Below are positions 9,310 to 18,703 of a DNA stretch of 64,000 nucleotides, in pieces. A program made the position numbers and the translations under genes. The stretch covers positions 1 through 64,000 of the forward strand of contig JBFLWF010000014.1 of the NCBI GenBank assembly GCA_040758355.1, written 5' to 3'. The stretch comes from Nitrospirota bacterium. Its GTDB lineage: Bacteria; Nitrospirota; Thermodesulfovibrionia; Thermodesulfovibrionales; Dissulfurispiraceae. How positions within the stretch are numbered: the stretch's first letter is position 1; each line of letters begins with the position of its first letter. Below the pieces are notes generated by a model. It was not told where the DNA came from, did not search any database, and was given only the letters and a program-made list of their open reading frames with translations.

Positions 9310-10404
9310 CTACAACACTCTTTTGTATTGCATTGCCCTTAAGACTCTCTCCTTTGCGATTGCCTCTGCTGCCTGCCGGGGAAGGATATTTTCTTTAAAG
9401 GTCTTTTCAAGGATTAATTTTGTATTTTTCTTAATGCGCTCGGATATGGCGTCAAAAGCCTCTTTCTCAGATTTTTTCGCATACTCCATTGCAGCCATTA
9501 TCACGCCGCCAGCATTGGCAATGAAATCAGGCACTGAAAGGATGCCTTTTTTATGCAGTACCTCCTCCGCTTCTCTTGTTATGGGGATATTTGCACCCTG
9601 AAGGATCAATTTTGCTTTTACGCCTTCGACATTTTCTTTGCTTATTACGTCAGGAGTTGCAGCAGGGATTAGGACATCACAGGGTGTCAGAAAAAGCTCC
9701 TCGCATTTTTTAACCGTCCCTTTTTTGCAGTGTATGACGCTTCCCTTTTCCTCCTTTATATCCAGCAACTCTTTAACATCCAGACCATCTGGATTGCAGA
9801 TGCTTCCCTTTGTGTCGCTTGCTGCAACGACTATTGCTCCTTTTTCTGAAAGGAATTTTGCAGCAGCCTTGCCGACGCTCCCGAATCCCTGAATTGCAAC
9901 CCTTGCGCCTTTCAATGCAATGTCAGCATAAGGACATGCAATCTCTGCGCATTCTGATAATCCAAATCCTGTTGCACCCAACTTATCGAGGGGAAGGCCT
10001 CCTATTTCTTCGGGAAGTGCTGTTGCCCTTCCAATCTCATCATATATCCATGCCATGCATTCCTCATTGCTTCCCATATCAGGGCCGGGGATGTATTCAT
10101 GAAGGTCTTTTATTGCCTGAGAGAATATTCTGAAGTAATGCTCTTTTTCTGGACTTCTGGGGTCAGCTATTATCCCTGCCTTTCCTCCGCCGTGGGGAAG
10201 TCCTGCAATGGAGTTCTTCATTGTCATTGTGCGTGCAAGTCTTTTCACCTCTTCGATAGTAACATCCTGAGAGACCCGTACGCCTCCAATGGAAGGGCCG
10301 AGTGCAGTGTTGTCCACAACAACGATTGCATGGAAATTTGAGACAGGGAAGAACAACTGGATTATCTTTGAAGGCCCGATTTCCTTAATGACAGATTTAT
10401 CCAT
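9310..10404 (-). CDS. Glu/Leu/Phe/Val dehydrogenase
   Basis: GGGKAGI, PGPDMG, GFGSVG and PDFIANAGG motifs. Confidence 0.92.
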   Translation of the reverse strand: MDKSVIKEIGPSKIIQLFFPVSNFHAIVVVDNTALGPSIGGVRVSQDVTIEEVKRLARTMTMKNSIAGLPHGGGKAGIIADPRSPEKEHYFRIFSQAIKDLHEYIPGPDMGSNEECMAWIYDEIGRATALPEEIGGLPLDKLGATGFGLSECAEIACPYADIALKGARVAIQGFGSVGKAAAKFLSEKGAIVVAASDTKGSICNPDGLDVKELLDIKEEKGSVIHCKKGTVKKCEELFLTPCDVLIPAATPDVISKENVEGVKAKLILQGANIPITREAEEVLHKKGILSVPDFIANAGGVIMAAMEYAKKSEKEAFDAISERIKKNTKLILEKTFKENILPRQAAEAIAKERVLRAMQYKRVL

Positions 10405-10486
10405 AAGCCACCTCCGATTCGATATGAATTATTACAATTTTATCATAATCATAATCTTATCATATGGGGGCTGGCTTTTCAGCTTG

Positions 10487-10531
10487 TTGGCGGTCCCAAC
10501 GGGATTCGAACCCGTGTTTTAGCCTTGAGAG
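10487..10531 (-). repeat. att site: duplicated 3' part of tRNA-Glu
   Basis: TTGGCGGTCCCAACGGGATTCGAACCCGTGTTTTAGCCTTGAGAG is identical to 16604-16648. Confidence 0.95.
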
Positions 10532-10743
10532 TAAGACTGGATAGTTTTTAAGTAAATCGGCTGCTGGTAACGGTTTTGGCTAAAAGCTTTGGTGTTGTAA
10601 GGTTTGCAAGGATTTGATATTTTATGTCCTTTATCGTATTTTCTGCCCTTTTTGATATTTTCTGCTACAATTTTGCTACAGTTAGAAAAATTCATTTCTA
10701 TACGCAAAAGCAACTATTTCAGGTATAATGGTGTTAGGCAGCT

Positions 10744-11088
10744 ATGACGGTAGAAATTATAGATAGACAATTCCATGCTAAAGGAGTTATTTACAACATA
10801 AAGGCTTTTGATAAAATATTAAAGATTCTTTATCTTTCTCATGCTATAGAAAGAATTAAAAAATGGGGTATTACAGAAGAAACAGTAGCAGAGGCATTGA
10901 TTTTACCAGAAGAAGTAATTGTAGGACATAGAAACAGATATATCGCTCACAGGAGATACGGCGACCATTTGGTCAGGGCTGTTTATGAGTATGAAGGTAA
11001 ATTGCCGATTTTAGTAACGGTATATTTTCCTTATACAGAGCGTTATTTTAAGGGAGGTGGGATTTATGAAGATCAAATACTCGGCTGA
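10744..11088 (+). CDS. DUF4258-like putative toxin (RelE-like fold)
   Basis: SHAIERIKKWGITEE...LVRAVYE...ILVTVY; overlaps a DUF2283 gene. Start codon uncertain. Confidence 0.7.
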   Translation: MTVEIIDRQFHAKGVIYNIKAFDKILKILYLSHAIERIKKWGITEETVAEALILPEEVIVGHRNRYIAHRRYGDHLVRAVYEYEGKLPILVTVYFPYTERYFKGGGIYEDQILG

Positions 11089-11272
11089 TGCCGACATCCT
11101 TTTAATCGAACTCAGGGATGGCACGCCTGTAGATTCGATAGACTTAAAGGAGGGGGTGATTCTCCATCTTGACGGCGATGGATTGCCTCTTGAAATCGAG
11201 ATACTCGATGCCTCCAAACTGGCAATGCTTAAAGAGATAAGTGTTATGACGCCAATCGAAGCTGCGAGATAA
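11066..11272 (+). CDS. DUF2283 family putative antitoxin
   Basis: MKIKYSADADILLIEL...GVILHLDGDGLPLEIEILDAS; GGAGG SD upstream. Confidence 0.85.
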   Translation: MKIKYSADADILLIELRDGTPVDSIDLKEGVILHLDGDGLPLEIEILDASKLAMLKEISVMTPIEAAR

Positions 11273-11451
11273 TACCCTTTGAGGGATGTAAAATTATACC
11301 GATGCGGTATAATCATTATGATTTGCTGCATGATCATCTAAAAATCAATAATATCCGCACAAAATCCTTGATTCTCTCATTCCGTAGGATTATAATGCTA
11401 TAAAATGCAGAAGAAGCTTAAAAGAGAGCGTTAAGCATCAAATAAATTAAT

Positions 11452-11949
11452 ATGGAACAAGAATATATAATTGCAATCATAGCTGCTTCCTCTGCACTTT
11501 GTGGCGTAATAATCTCGCAGGCCATATCAATACTTCTTTCACGTTTAGACCAAAGACATAAAAAACATATATTGCTTCGCCAAAAGTATGAAGAAATGAT
11601 GTTTTATTTTCAGGATTCATTAACATATTATAATCAGGTGGCAACCTGCAGAATTCGTGACCAATTGCTTCAGTTAAATCATTCGATTCCTGCTCAGAGG
11701 GCAATGGGTCTTGCTTTACTCTATTTTCCCAATTTCGTATCAATTCTGGATACCTATATAAGGAATCAGATTTCATATTATAACCTCGTAGTTTCGTCCT
11801 ACAATCCAAAAATCCCAGCAAATGCGGGTGCTCAGGCAAGAGTCCATAATAAAAGCCAATTGGAGGCAGCAGAGAACAATCTTTTTCAATCCAAAGACAA
11901 AATTATAGATGAACTCAAAGCAAACGTTAAAAAATATATTAAAGCTTAA
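11452..11949 (+). CDS. Hypothetical protein with N-terminal TM helix, in a cassette-like context
   Basis: 165 aa ORF flanked by GTTAAGC and GCTTAAC. Confidence 0.7.
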   Translation: MEQEYIIAIIAASSALCGVIISQAISILLSRLDQRHKKHILLRQKYEEMMFYFQDSLTYYNQVATCRIRDQLLQLNHSIPAQRAMGLALLYFPNFVSILDTYIRNQISYYNLVVSSYNPKIPANAGAQARVHNKSQLEAAENNLFQSKDKIIDELKANVKKYIKA

Positions 11950-11987
11950 CGCGAAGCTGAGCTTTTGGCTCCATCGCGTTGATAGAA
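11944..11987 (+). other. Degenerate integron attC-like site
   Basis: R'' GCTTAAC, N5, L'' GCTGAGC ... L' GCTCCATC, N5, R' GATAGAA (GTT eroded to GAT). Confidence 0.5.
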
Positions 11988-12038
11988 ATATTAAAAAGGG
12001 CAATAAAGCCCGAAAGTTTTCTTTGACTGGAGGGGATT

Positions 12039-12560
12039 ATGGGGATTTTCGATTTCCTTTTTGGTAAGAGTGAGCCGAAAGAAAAGATTATGCCTGTCCT
12101 AAAGCCAGAAAATCTACAGCCTGCTGACGCCACGATCTCAACGACTGAAGCAAAAAGGATATTCAGGGAATGGATGTTAAAGATAGGCTATTTAGACAAG
12201 GAAGAAGTCGCTGATCATGTCAAATACTTTGCGGATGAAATTAAGGAACAGGACGAAAACTTCAAAATATATATCGACGAAGAAAAGGACGACATCGAAG
12301 GGTCAATTGACGAAGAAAAGGCAGAAATCAAGAGCCTAAAAGAAGAGCTGAAAGGGTGTAAAGACCCCCAAGAAAAAGAAGAAATTCTTGATGCAATAAA
12401 GGATTGCGAAGCCAATATTGCAGACTATAAGGCTGATCTTGCTGACCGCATCGCAGCACTAAAGGAGAAGCAGGCCGCATTCAAAGCTGATAAGCGTGAA
12501 TTCCTGATTAATTATATCAATACACAGGTTCATGGTCCGGATTGGAAGGAAACACTATGA
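12039..12560 (+). CDS. Hypothetical acidic coiled-coil protein
   Basis: 173 aa ORF with GGAGG SD and MGIFDFLFGK start. Confidence 0.75.
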   Translation: MGIFDFLFGKSEPKEKIMPVLKPENLQPADATISTTEAKRIFREWMLKIGYLDKEEVADHVKYFADEIKEQDENFKIYIDEEKDDIEGSIDEEKAEIKSLKEELKGCKDPQEKEEILDAIKDCEANIADYKADLADRIAALKEKQAAFKADKREFLINYINTQVHGPDWKETL

Positions 12561-12991
12561 AAAAACGTGTATCAACCAAGCCCTTGGACACCAACAAGGA
12601 CTGAGAAACGCCCCAGTGCGGGGCAATGCCCGTTATTAATACAAAAATTTATAAATTTTTCTTCCTTATTGTTCTTTCCAAAAGCGTGCAAATACTTTGC
12701 ATAGTCGATTTTCACAAATGAGCCCGGAAATCAAAAATTGATCTATGCAATGTATTTGATAGCGGACATGGAGATTTAAACCGTTAATTTACAAGACCGC
12801 TGTGTCCTGCAAATACCGAATATCGAAGCGGCTTTGTAAATTGACACCATAATTTATCCTTATCAATCCTCAACCTTTCCCTGCGCTTCATCAACAACGG
12901 CTATTGTGGGGCGTTACGGGGCATTTAGATAACCTTTATACGGCCTATTCCCTCATATCGTCCCCGTGATAAAAAAGAATTTTAAAAGGCC

Positions 12992-13040
12992 TTGACTTTT
13001 ATTTTTTGCATTTGTTATGCTTTGTTTATCAAATGCAAAA
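12992..13040 (+). promoter_or_regulatory. Sigma70 promoter with overlapping operator-like inverted repeat
   Basis: TTGACT-N18-TATGCT with TGn; inverted repeat TTTTGCATTTG (13004-13014) / CAAATGCAAAA (13030-13040). Confidence 0.6.
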
Positions 13041-13051
13041 TAGGATAGGAT

Positions 13052-13672
13052 ATGGCAAAAGATGAATTTATAGGCATAAGGGTAAGCAAGGAATTCAAGA
13101 AGCTTGTTCAGGGAGAAGCCAAAAGAAAAGGCGTGTCTCTCTCTGAATATATAGAAAAACATTCAGACTATTCCTTTAAGCTTACCAAACAGCATATTAA
13201 AACCCTCCTTGAGAGAACAAAAGAAGATTTGCCTACTTTTTGGAGCGAGGCAGATAAATATAGAATTACAAAAGAATTTGAGGATTTTATACTTATGGTA
13301 ACAACCGATTTTTTAATGCCTATAAATACGGGGAAGCCTTCCCTGCATCCTGTTCATATGCTGACTTTTATCCCTATGATTTTGAAAAACACAATCGTCA
13401 ATATAGACGCTGTTGACGATGAATATAAATTGATGGCTGCAAGAAAATTTCTGAATGCCGGACAAATACTTGCTGAAAATCTTAATAAGCTCAAAACTAA
13501 AGACAGCGAACAACAAAAGCACATAATTTCAGAAATGAAAAATATCATCGAAACCTTTGTGTTTTATTTTACCTCGATGGCCTTTGAAAAGGATGCCTTC
13601 GTAAAGATAAAGGCCGAATTGGACAAGACAGAAAAAACACTAATTAAAGACATAGACAAGGCGACAAAATGA
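13052..13672 (+). CDS. Putative regulator with N-terminal ribbon-helix-helix
   Basis: IGIRVSKEFKKLVQGEAKRKGVSLSEYI is a CopG/RHH-like pattern. Confidence 0.65.
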   Translation: MAKDEFIGIRVSKEFKKLVQGEAKRKGVSLSEYIEKHSDYSFKLTKQHIKTLLERTKEDLPTFWSEADKYRITKEFEDFILMVTTDFLMPINTGKPSLHPVHMLTFIPMILKNTIVNIDAVDDEYKLMAARKFLNAGQILAENLNKLKTKDSEQQKHIISEMKNIIETFVFYFTSMAFEKDAFVKIKAELDKTEKTLIKDIDKATK

Positions 13673-13869
13673 TTAAAACAGCGCATATAGATATTTTTTA
13701 CGGCTTAAATGGCATTACCTGCTCACAGTGCAATAAGGTATTGGTTGTATCCAGAAGGGGTAAATTTACAGTGGTAAAAAATAATTTTTTTAAAATTGAC
13801 GAGGAGACCTGGATTGTAGAAATTAAATGTAACAAATGCGGGACGCAAAACAAGTATAGCATTAATTAG
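13669..13869 (+). CDS. Small zinc-ribbon protein, Mu Com-like
   Basis: CSQCNKVL...VEIKCNKCGTQN. Confidence 0.7.
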   Translation: MIKTAHIDIFYGLNGITCSQCNKVLVVSRRGKFTVVKNNFFKIDEETWIVEIKCNKCGTQNKYSIN

Positions 13870-13911
13870 CAACCAGATTATTTAAACGGCGAAGAAGTCT
13901 GTTATTGACGA

Positions 13912-13960
13912 AGAAGCCGAGTTTCTATGGAGCAATCCGTAGAATCTCGGCTTTTTGTTT
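13912..13960 (+). terminator. Long hairpin with GCAA loop and T tract (terminator or attenuator)
   Basis: AGAAGCCGAG-T-TTCTATGGA-GCAA-TCCGTAGAA-T-CTCGGCTTTTTGTTT. Confidence 0.6.
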
Positions 13961-14140
13961 TAGGAGATTAACAAGAATGGGCAAGGAATCAATTATCAAC
14001 ACTATGGACGGAGGCGGAGGCTTGTACGCTCCCTGCGGGGTGCAGGAGCGGACAGGCATCCGCCTCCCCTTGTCCAGAGATAGTAACACTGGACGAACAC
14101 GACATGGATGCCGTCTTGTTGACTGGAAGGGCTGAGTCTC

Positions 14141-15298
14141 ATGATTGACACATTAGGTTTTTTCGTCATTATAGATCAGTCGACCTGTGACTTGCTCTCT
14201 AATCGGTCAATCAAAACAGAGAGAGTAGATCAGGAAACAGGCAATATCGAGTTTGAATACAACAATTTTCATACTCATCATTCATACAATTACAAGATCA
14301 TGTATAAGCTCGAAAACAAAGCCCATCAGTACGATCCTGCTACTAAAACTCCTCATCGGGTTGAAAGTCTTCCGTATATACGGTTTGAATTTTCAGCTCC
14401 CAAAATCCTGTGGGGTAATAATCTCGAATCATGCTCATTATCTGATGCGGTATATGCCGCTGGTATGGTACGCGATGAGTTCAATAAGACTTATAACGTC
14501 AATATCGCCAAAGTAATGGACTGGTACTGTTACAGGATAGATACCTGCGCTAACTTTCTGCTTACAAGCGAGGATCAGGTTAAGGATTATATCAGATACC
14601 TTCAGAGATTGGACTATCCAAGAAGGATTAAAAACAACTATGAGGACAGCGGAATTTATTTTGCCTCACGGCATCAAACCCTGAAAATCTATGCAAAAGG
14701 CGCTGAGTTTAAAAAACACGATAAAAAAAGATTCCTCGATGAAACCGAGCAGGAAAGCCTGCAACAGCAGGCATCAAAGATATTGCGGATCGAGGTAGAA
14801 CATAAGACAAAGCTGAAAAGTATAGTAGAGGGCTTTCAAAAAGATGGATTATTTATCCCCACTTTTAGGGGATATCCTCGATTCAACGAGATATTGCAAA
14901 TTTTCAATCCTATAGAAGAAATGGAAAAGATTATAAAAAAATTCCTGTCGGGGCTTAAGACAAAAACAATGAAAAATCTTGAGGTCTTTGAGATTTTAAA
15001 AGCTAACATGACTGAAAAGGCAGCCCGTTCTAAATATGCAATCTATATGCTGATTATACAGCATGGTCAAAAAGAAGCGAAAAGACAGACACCGAAAAGG
15101 ACTTTTCAAAGAGCAATGAAAGCATTCAGAGAGCTTGGAATATCAATAGTCGCATTAAACGAAAATGAAGCTGATTATTTTCTTGATAAGGGTTTCCCTG
15201 ATGACTTTGAGCTTACCATGAGCAAAGAAAATAAATACTTCCAGATGCCTTTGGATATAAGCAAGAGCAAAGGAATTATTTCATATGAGACTGATTGA
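14141..15298 (+). CDS. Phage/plasmid replication initiator, gII/X (Phage_CRI/Rep_trans-like) family
   Basis: MIDTL, EFSAPKILWGNN, YRIDTCANF, LKIYAKGAE and ILRIEVE motifs. Confidence 0.85.
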   Translation: MIDTLGFFVIIDQSTCDLLSNRSIKTERVDQETGNIEFEYNNFHTHHSYNYKIMYKLENKAHQYDPATKTPHRVESLPYIRFEFSAPKILWGNNLESCSLSDAVYAAGMVRDEFNKTYNVNIAKVMDWYCYRIDTCANFLLTSEDQVKDYIRYLQRLDYPRRIKNNYEDSGIYFASRHQTLKIYAKGAEFKKHDKKRFLDETEQESLQQQASKILRIEVEHKTKLKSIVEGFQKDGLFIPTFRGYPRFNEILQIFNPIEEMEKIIKKFLSGLKTKTMKNLEVFEILKANMTEKAARSKYAIYMLIIQHGQKEAKRQTPKRTFQRAMKAFRELGISIVALNENEADYFLDKGFPDDFELTMSKENKYFQMPLDISKSKGIISYETD

Positions 15299-15515
15299 TG
15301 TAAAAGAATTATCAGGGATCATCAATGTAAAACCCTCTACGATTTATCAATGGGCTGAGTTAGGGCAAATACCCTGCATCAAGCTTAACGGGGCGTTAAG
15401 ATTTGATCCTACTGACATATCGACATGGATTGAGTCTTGCAAAAAACAGGCTGTTTCAGGCTATAATCCTTTTACCAAAACCGTTACCAGTAGCCCCAAG
15501 AAAGGAGGCAGATAA
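15285..15515 (+). CDS. Excisionase-like HTH protein
   Basis: LIDVKELSGIINVKPSTIYQWAELGQIPCIKLNGALRF, directly upstream of the integrase. Confidence 0.85.
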   Translation: MRLIDVKELSGIINVKPSTIYQWAELGQIPCIKLNGALRFDPTDISTWIESCKKQAVSGYNPFTKTVTSSPKKGGR

Positions 15516-15519
15516 GATT

Positions 15520-16590
15520 ATGGGGCTTTATCGGAGAGGTAAAATTTACTGGTTTACGACAATGCAGGATGGTAAGAGGATACAGGTCTCTACCAAGACA
15601 GATAACAAAAGGCTTGCAGAGGCAATTTACGCAAAGGCAAAGACCGAGGTTATCGAGGGTAAATGGTTTGAAAATCAGGCTAAGAGATACACTCTGAAAA
15701 ATATGTTTGAGAGATACGAATCCGAATATACGGATCATAAAGACTACTACCAAAAAGCAAGGGATAAGACTGTATTTAAGCATCTGTACGCCTATTTTGG
15801 TGAGGACTCCAAATTGCAGGAAGTAGAAAATCGTATAGGAGGCTATGAGCAATGGAGAAAATCTCAAGGTAAAAAACCGGGTACTATCCTCAAAGAACTT
15901 GGCCTGTTGCGTAGAATCTTCAATATTGCAAGAAAGCAATGGAAATGGAAAATTCAAAATCCTGTTTCGGAGATTGAACTGCCGAAAGTTAGAAATGAGA
16001 GGGTAAGGTATCTTACACCTGAAGAATACGGCAGGCTCCTAAAGGCATTAGACGAAACAGATGAAAAATGGATTAAGCCGGTTGTGATCTTGGCACTTGA
16101 TACAGGTTTAAGATTAAATAACCTTTGTAACCTTCTATGGTCAGAAGTTAATCTTTTCAGCAGGGTGATTACTATTAATGCCGAGAAGATGAAAAATGAC
16201 GATTATATCGGCATACCGCTTACAGACAGAACGTATGAAACGCTGAAAGAACTTCAAAAAGTTAGGAGCTTGTCCGATTATGTATTCCATGACAACGGAC
16301 AAAGGCTTTATGACCGTAAGGTGCAAAGGGCGTTTAAGAGAGTGCTTAAAAAGGCTGGGATTGAAAATTTCCGTTTTCATGACATGAGGCATACCTTTGC
16401 AAGCTACCTGAGGCAAAAAGGTGAGGATTTGCATACCATAGCTGTTTTGATGGGTCATAGGGACTTACGCATGACCAAGCGGTATGCACATCTTTCAACA
16501 GAGAGTTTAAGAGCCGCAATCTCAAAGCTAAATGAGACTGCTACATTTTTACTACAATCGAATGAACACAAGCAGGCAGAGTCAGTCTAA
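15520..16590 (+). CDS. Tyrosine integrase
   Basis: TGLR, FHDMRH, LMGH, KRYAH catalytic motifs. Start MGLYRRG follows an AGGAGG SD. Confidence 0.95.
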   Translation: MGLYRRGKIYWFTTMQDGKRIQVSTKTDNKRLAEAIYAKAKTEVIEGKWFENQAKRYTLKNMFERYESEYTDHKDYYQKARDKTVFKHLYAYFGEDSKLQEVENRIGGYEQWRKSQGKKPGTILKELGLLRRIFNIARKQWKWKIQNPVSEIELPKVRNERVRYLTPEEYGRLLKALDETDEKWIKPVVILALDTGLRLNNLCNLLWSEVNLFSRVITINAEKMKNDDYIGIPLTDRTYETLKELQKVRSLSDYVFHDNGQRLYDRKVQRAFKRVLKKAGIENFRFHDMRHTFASYLRQKGEDLHTIAVLMGHRDLRMTKRYAHLSTESLRAAISKLNETATFLLQSNEHKQAESV

Positions 16591-16604
16591 CTCATTGAAA
16601 AATT

Positions 16605-16680
16605 TGGCGGTCCCAACGGGATTCGAACCCGTGTTTTAGCCTTGAGAGGGCCACGTCCTAGGCCTCTAGACGATGGGACC
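16605..16680 (-). tRNA. tRNA-Glu (CTC)
   Basis: GGTCCCATCGTCTAGAGG...CTCTCAA...GGTTCGAATCCCGTTGGGACCGCCA; CCA encoded. Confidence 0.96.
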
Positions 16681-16683
16681 ACA

Positions 16684-16757
16684 TGGCTGGGGAGAGAGGA
16701 TTCGAACCCCTATAAGCAGATCCAGAGTCTGCCGTCCTGCCGTTGGACGACTCCCCA
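16684..16757 (-). tRNA. tRNA-Gln (CTG)
   Basis: TGGGGAGTCGTCCAACGG...CTCTGGA...GGTTCGAATCCTCTCTCCCCAGCCA. Confidence 0.96.
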
Positions 16758-16808
16758 AAAAAGCGAACAGTAGATAGTATAAAATAAAAAGCCATAATCC
16801 GTAAAGAC

Positions 16809-16974
16809 ATATGCAGGGTATGCTGAAAAAGCCTTTACAAAGTGTTATTTTCTGTGTATGACAGAGATAACAAACTCTTTACCCAAATAGTATCCAATGT
16901 TGTAGATGACGGATTCAAGATTATGCAGTCTAATATTCCGAAGTGTAAAGTCTTTTTCATAACACCCTGCATAT
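16809..16974. repeat. Hairpin/MITE-like element, copy 1
   Basis: 31 bp terminal inverted repeats (27/31). Core 16889-16921 matches 57423-57455 in reverse (29/33). Confidence 0.75.
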
Positions 16975-16997
16975 ATCCTTAAAAGTCTATCGCGGAT

Positions 16998-17468
16998 TTA
17001 GGACTTCTTTTTCGTTTCAAACAGTCCCTTTACTTCTTCCATAAGATCATTTATATCCTTGAACTGTCTGTAAACAGATGCGAATCTCACATAAGCCACC
17101 TTGTCGAGGTCTTTTAAGGCTGCCATTATCTCCTCGCCTATCCATGTGCTCTGTATCTCTTTCACATTGAGTCCCATCAATTTCTTCTCGATATTCTTTT
17201 CTATCTCTTCCAGTTTTGTGATAGGGATGGGACGTTTTTCGCATGCCTTTTTGAGCCCTGTGAGTATCTTGTGTCCGTCAAAGAACTCACGGCTTCCGTC
17301 TTTTTTGATAACCATGGGGAAGGGGTCTTCAACCCTTTCATAGGAGGTGAACCGCTGCTCGCACTTGAGGCACTCCCTCCTTCTCCTGATGACATCCCCT
17401 TCTTTGCTCGCTCTGGAGTCGATTACCTTGTCTTCGATGCTGCCGCAAAAAGGGCATTTCATGATCAA
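16998..17468 (-). CDS. nrdR: Transcriptional repressor NrdR
   Basis: MKCPFC...IRRRREC, ATP cone, [15 protein letters not shown]. Confidence 0.97.
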   Translation of the reverse strand: MIMKCPFCGSIEDKVIDSRASKEGDVIRRRRECLKCEQRFTSYERVEDPFPMVIKKDGSREFFDGHKILTGLKKACEKRPIPITKLEEIEKNIEKKLMGLNVKEIQSTWIGEEIMAALKDLDKVAYVRFASVYRQFKDINDLMEEVKGLFETKKKS

Positions 17469-18703
17469 TAAATGGGATGCCTGCTGCAGAGGGCTTTTAC
17501 CCTCCCATTCATATCGGCTATCGCAGAGGGATTGTTTATGTTGCGGATAATGTTTGATATTATGTCTGCGATTTCATCCATCTCTGAATCTCCCATTCCT
17601 CTTGTAGTTATGGAGGGTGTTCCGAGCCTTATTCCGCTTGTTATCGTCGGCGGCTTATCGTCGTATGGTATGGAATTTTTGTTCACAGTTATGCCAGCTT
17701 TGTCCATGGCCTCTTCTGCCTCTTTGCCTGTGACATTCATATTACTTAAATCAACGAGCATAAGGTGGTTGTCTGTACCGCCCGATATTATTTTGAACCC
17801 GCGTTTAATGAGCCCCTCTGCAAGCCTTTTCGCATTGCTTACAACCTTTTTCTGGTAGTCGTTGAATTCCGGGGTCAATGCCTCTTTCAGAGCCACTGCC
17901 TTTGCAGCAATCACATGAACAAGTGGGCCTCCCTGTATTCCGGGGAATATCATTTTGTCAACGGCTTTTGCATGCTCTGCCCTGCACATTATTATTCCGC
18001 CCCTTGGTCCTCTTAATGTCTTGTGGGTTGTCGATGTAACAAAGTCTGCATAAGGAATCGGAGATGGATGCTGGCCTGCTGCGATCAATCCTGCAATGTG
18101 CGCTATATCTGCGAGCAGATATGCGCCGACCTCTTTTGAGATTTCAGAGAATGTCTTGAAATCGATGATGCGTGAATATGCGCTTGCGCCAACCACTATC
18201 ATCTTTGGTTTATGCTGAAGTGCGAGTCTTCTCACCTCATCCATTTCTATGTAGCCTGTATCTTTATTCACGCCGTAGGACACTATTTTGTAAAGCATGC
18301 CTGTGAAATTAACCGGTGCGCCGTGTGAAAGATGTCCGCCGTGTGCCAGATTCATTCCGAGGATTGTGTCTCCAGGCTTTAAAAAGGAGAAATAGACTGC
18401 CATGTTTGCCTGGCTTCCTGAATGGGGCTGGACATTCACATGCTCTGCGCCGAATAGTTCCTTTGCCCTTTCTATGGCAAGCCTTTCCACGATATCGGCA
18501 TATTCGCAGCCTCCGTAATATCTCTTGTTCGGATAGCCTTCTGCATATTTGTTGGTGAATACAGAGCCCTGTGCCTCAAGTACAGCGCGACTTGCATAGT
18601 TTTCGGATGCGATTAAAAGGATATTGTTCTGTTCCCTTTCTGTCTCCTTGACTATTGCTTCGTATATTGCCGGGTCGATTGCCTTTACATGTCCGAGATT
18701 CAT
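17465..18703 (-). CDS. glyA: Serine hydroxymethyltransferase
   Basis: [25 protein letters not shown]. Confidence 0.98.
   Translation of the reverse strand: MNLGHVKAIDPAIYEAIVKETEREQNNILLIASENYASRAVLEAQGSVFTNKYAEGYPNKRYYGGCEYADIVERLAIERAKELFGAEHVNVQPHSGSQANMAVYFSFLKPGDTILGMNLAHGGHLSHGAPVNFTGMLYKIVSYGVNKDTGYIEMDEVRRLALQHKPKMIVVGASAYSRIIDFKTFSEISKEVGAYLLADIAHIAGLIAAGQHPSPIPYADFVTSTTHKTLRGPRGGIIMCRAEHAKAVDKMIFPGIQGGPLVHVIAAKAVALKEALTPEFNDYQKKVVSNAKRLAEGLIKRGFKIISGGTDNHLMLVDLSNMNVTGKEAEEAMDKAGITVNKNSIPYDDKPPTITSGIRLGTPSITTRGMGDSEMDEIADIISNIIRNINNPSAIADMNGRVKALCSRHPIY

Larger units (their letters stand above)
10487..16648. mobile_element. 6.1 kb integrative element in tRNA-Glu with rolling-circle Rep
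   Basis: 45 bp direct repeat at 10487-10531 and 16604-16648, enclosing integrase, Xis, Rep and a TA pair. Confidence 0.92.

Noticed and set aside
10487..10531. Extra tRNA gene
   Set aside because: Only the 3' part is present; it is the att duplication.
10733..10739. Cassette boundary GTTAGGC before the TA pair
   Set aside because: No matching GCCTAAC or attC found after the antitoxin; may be chance.
12570..12638. Second attC after the 173 aa ORF
   Set aside because: AAC...GTT ends exist but L-box spacing and pairing are poor.
10487..16648. Complete inovirus prophage or ICE
   Set aside because: No recognisable pI/Zot ATPase, coat proteins, relaxase or T4SS genes.
16889..16921. NrdR box next to nrdR
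   Set aside because: Poor fit to the 16 bp palindrome, downstream of the gene, and the same core recurs at 57423 inside the hairpin family.
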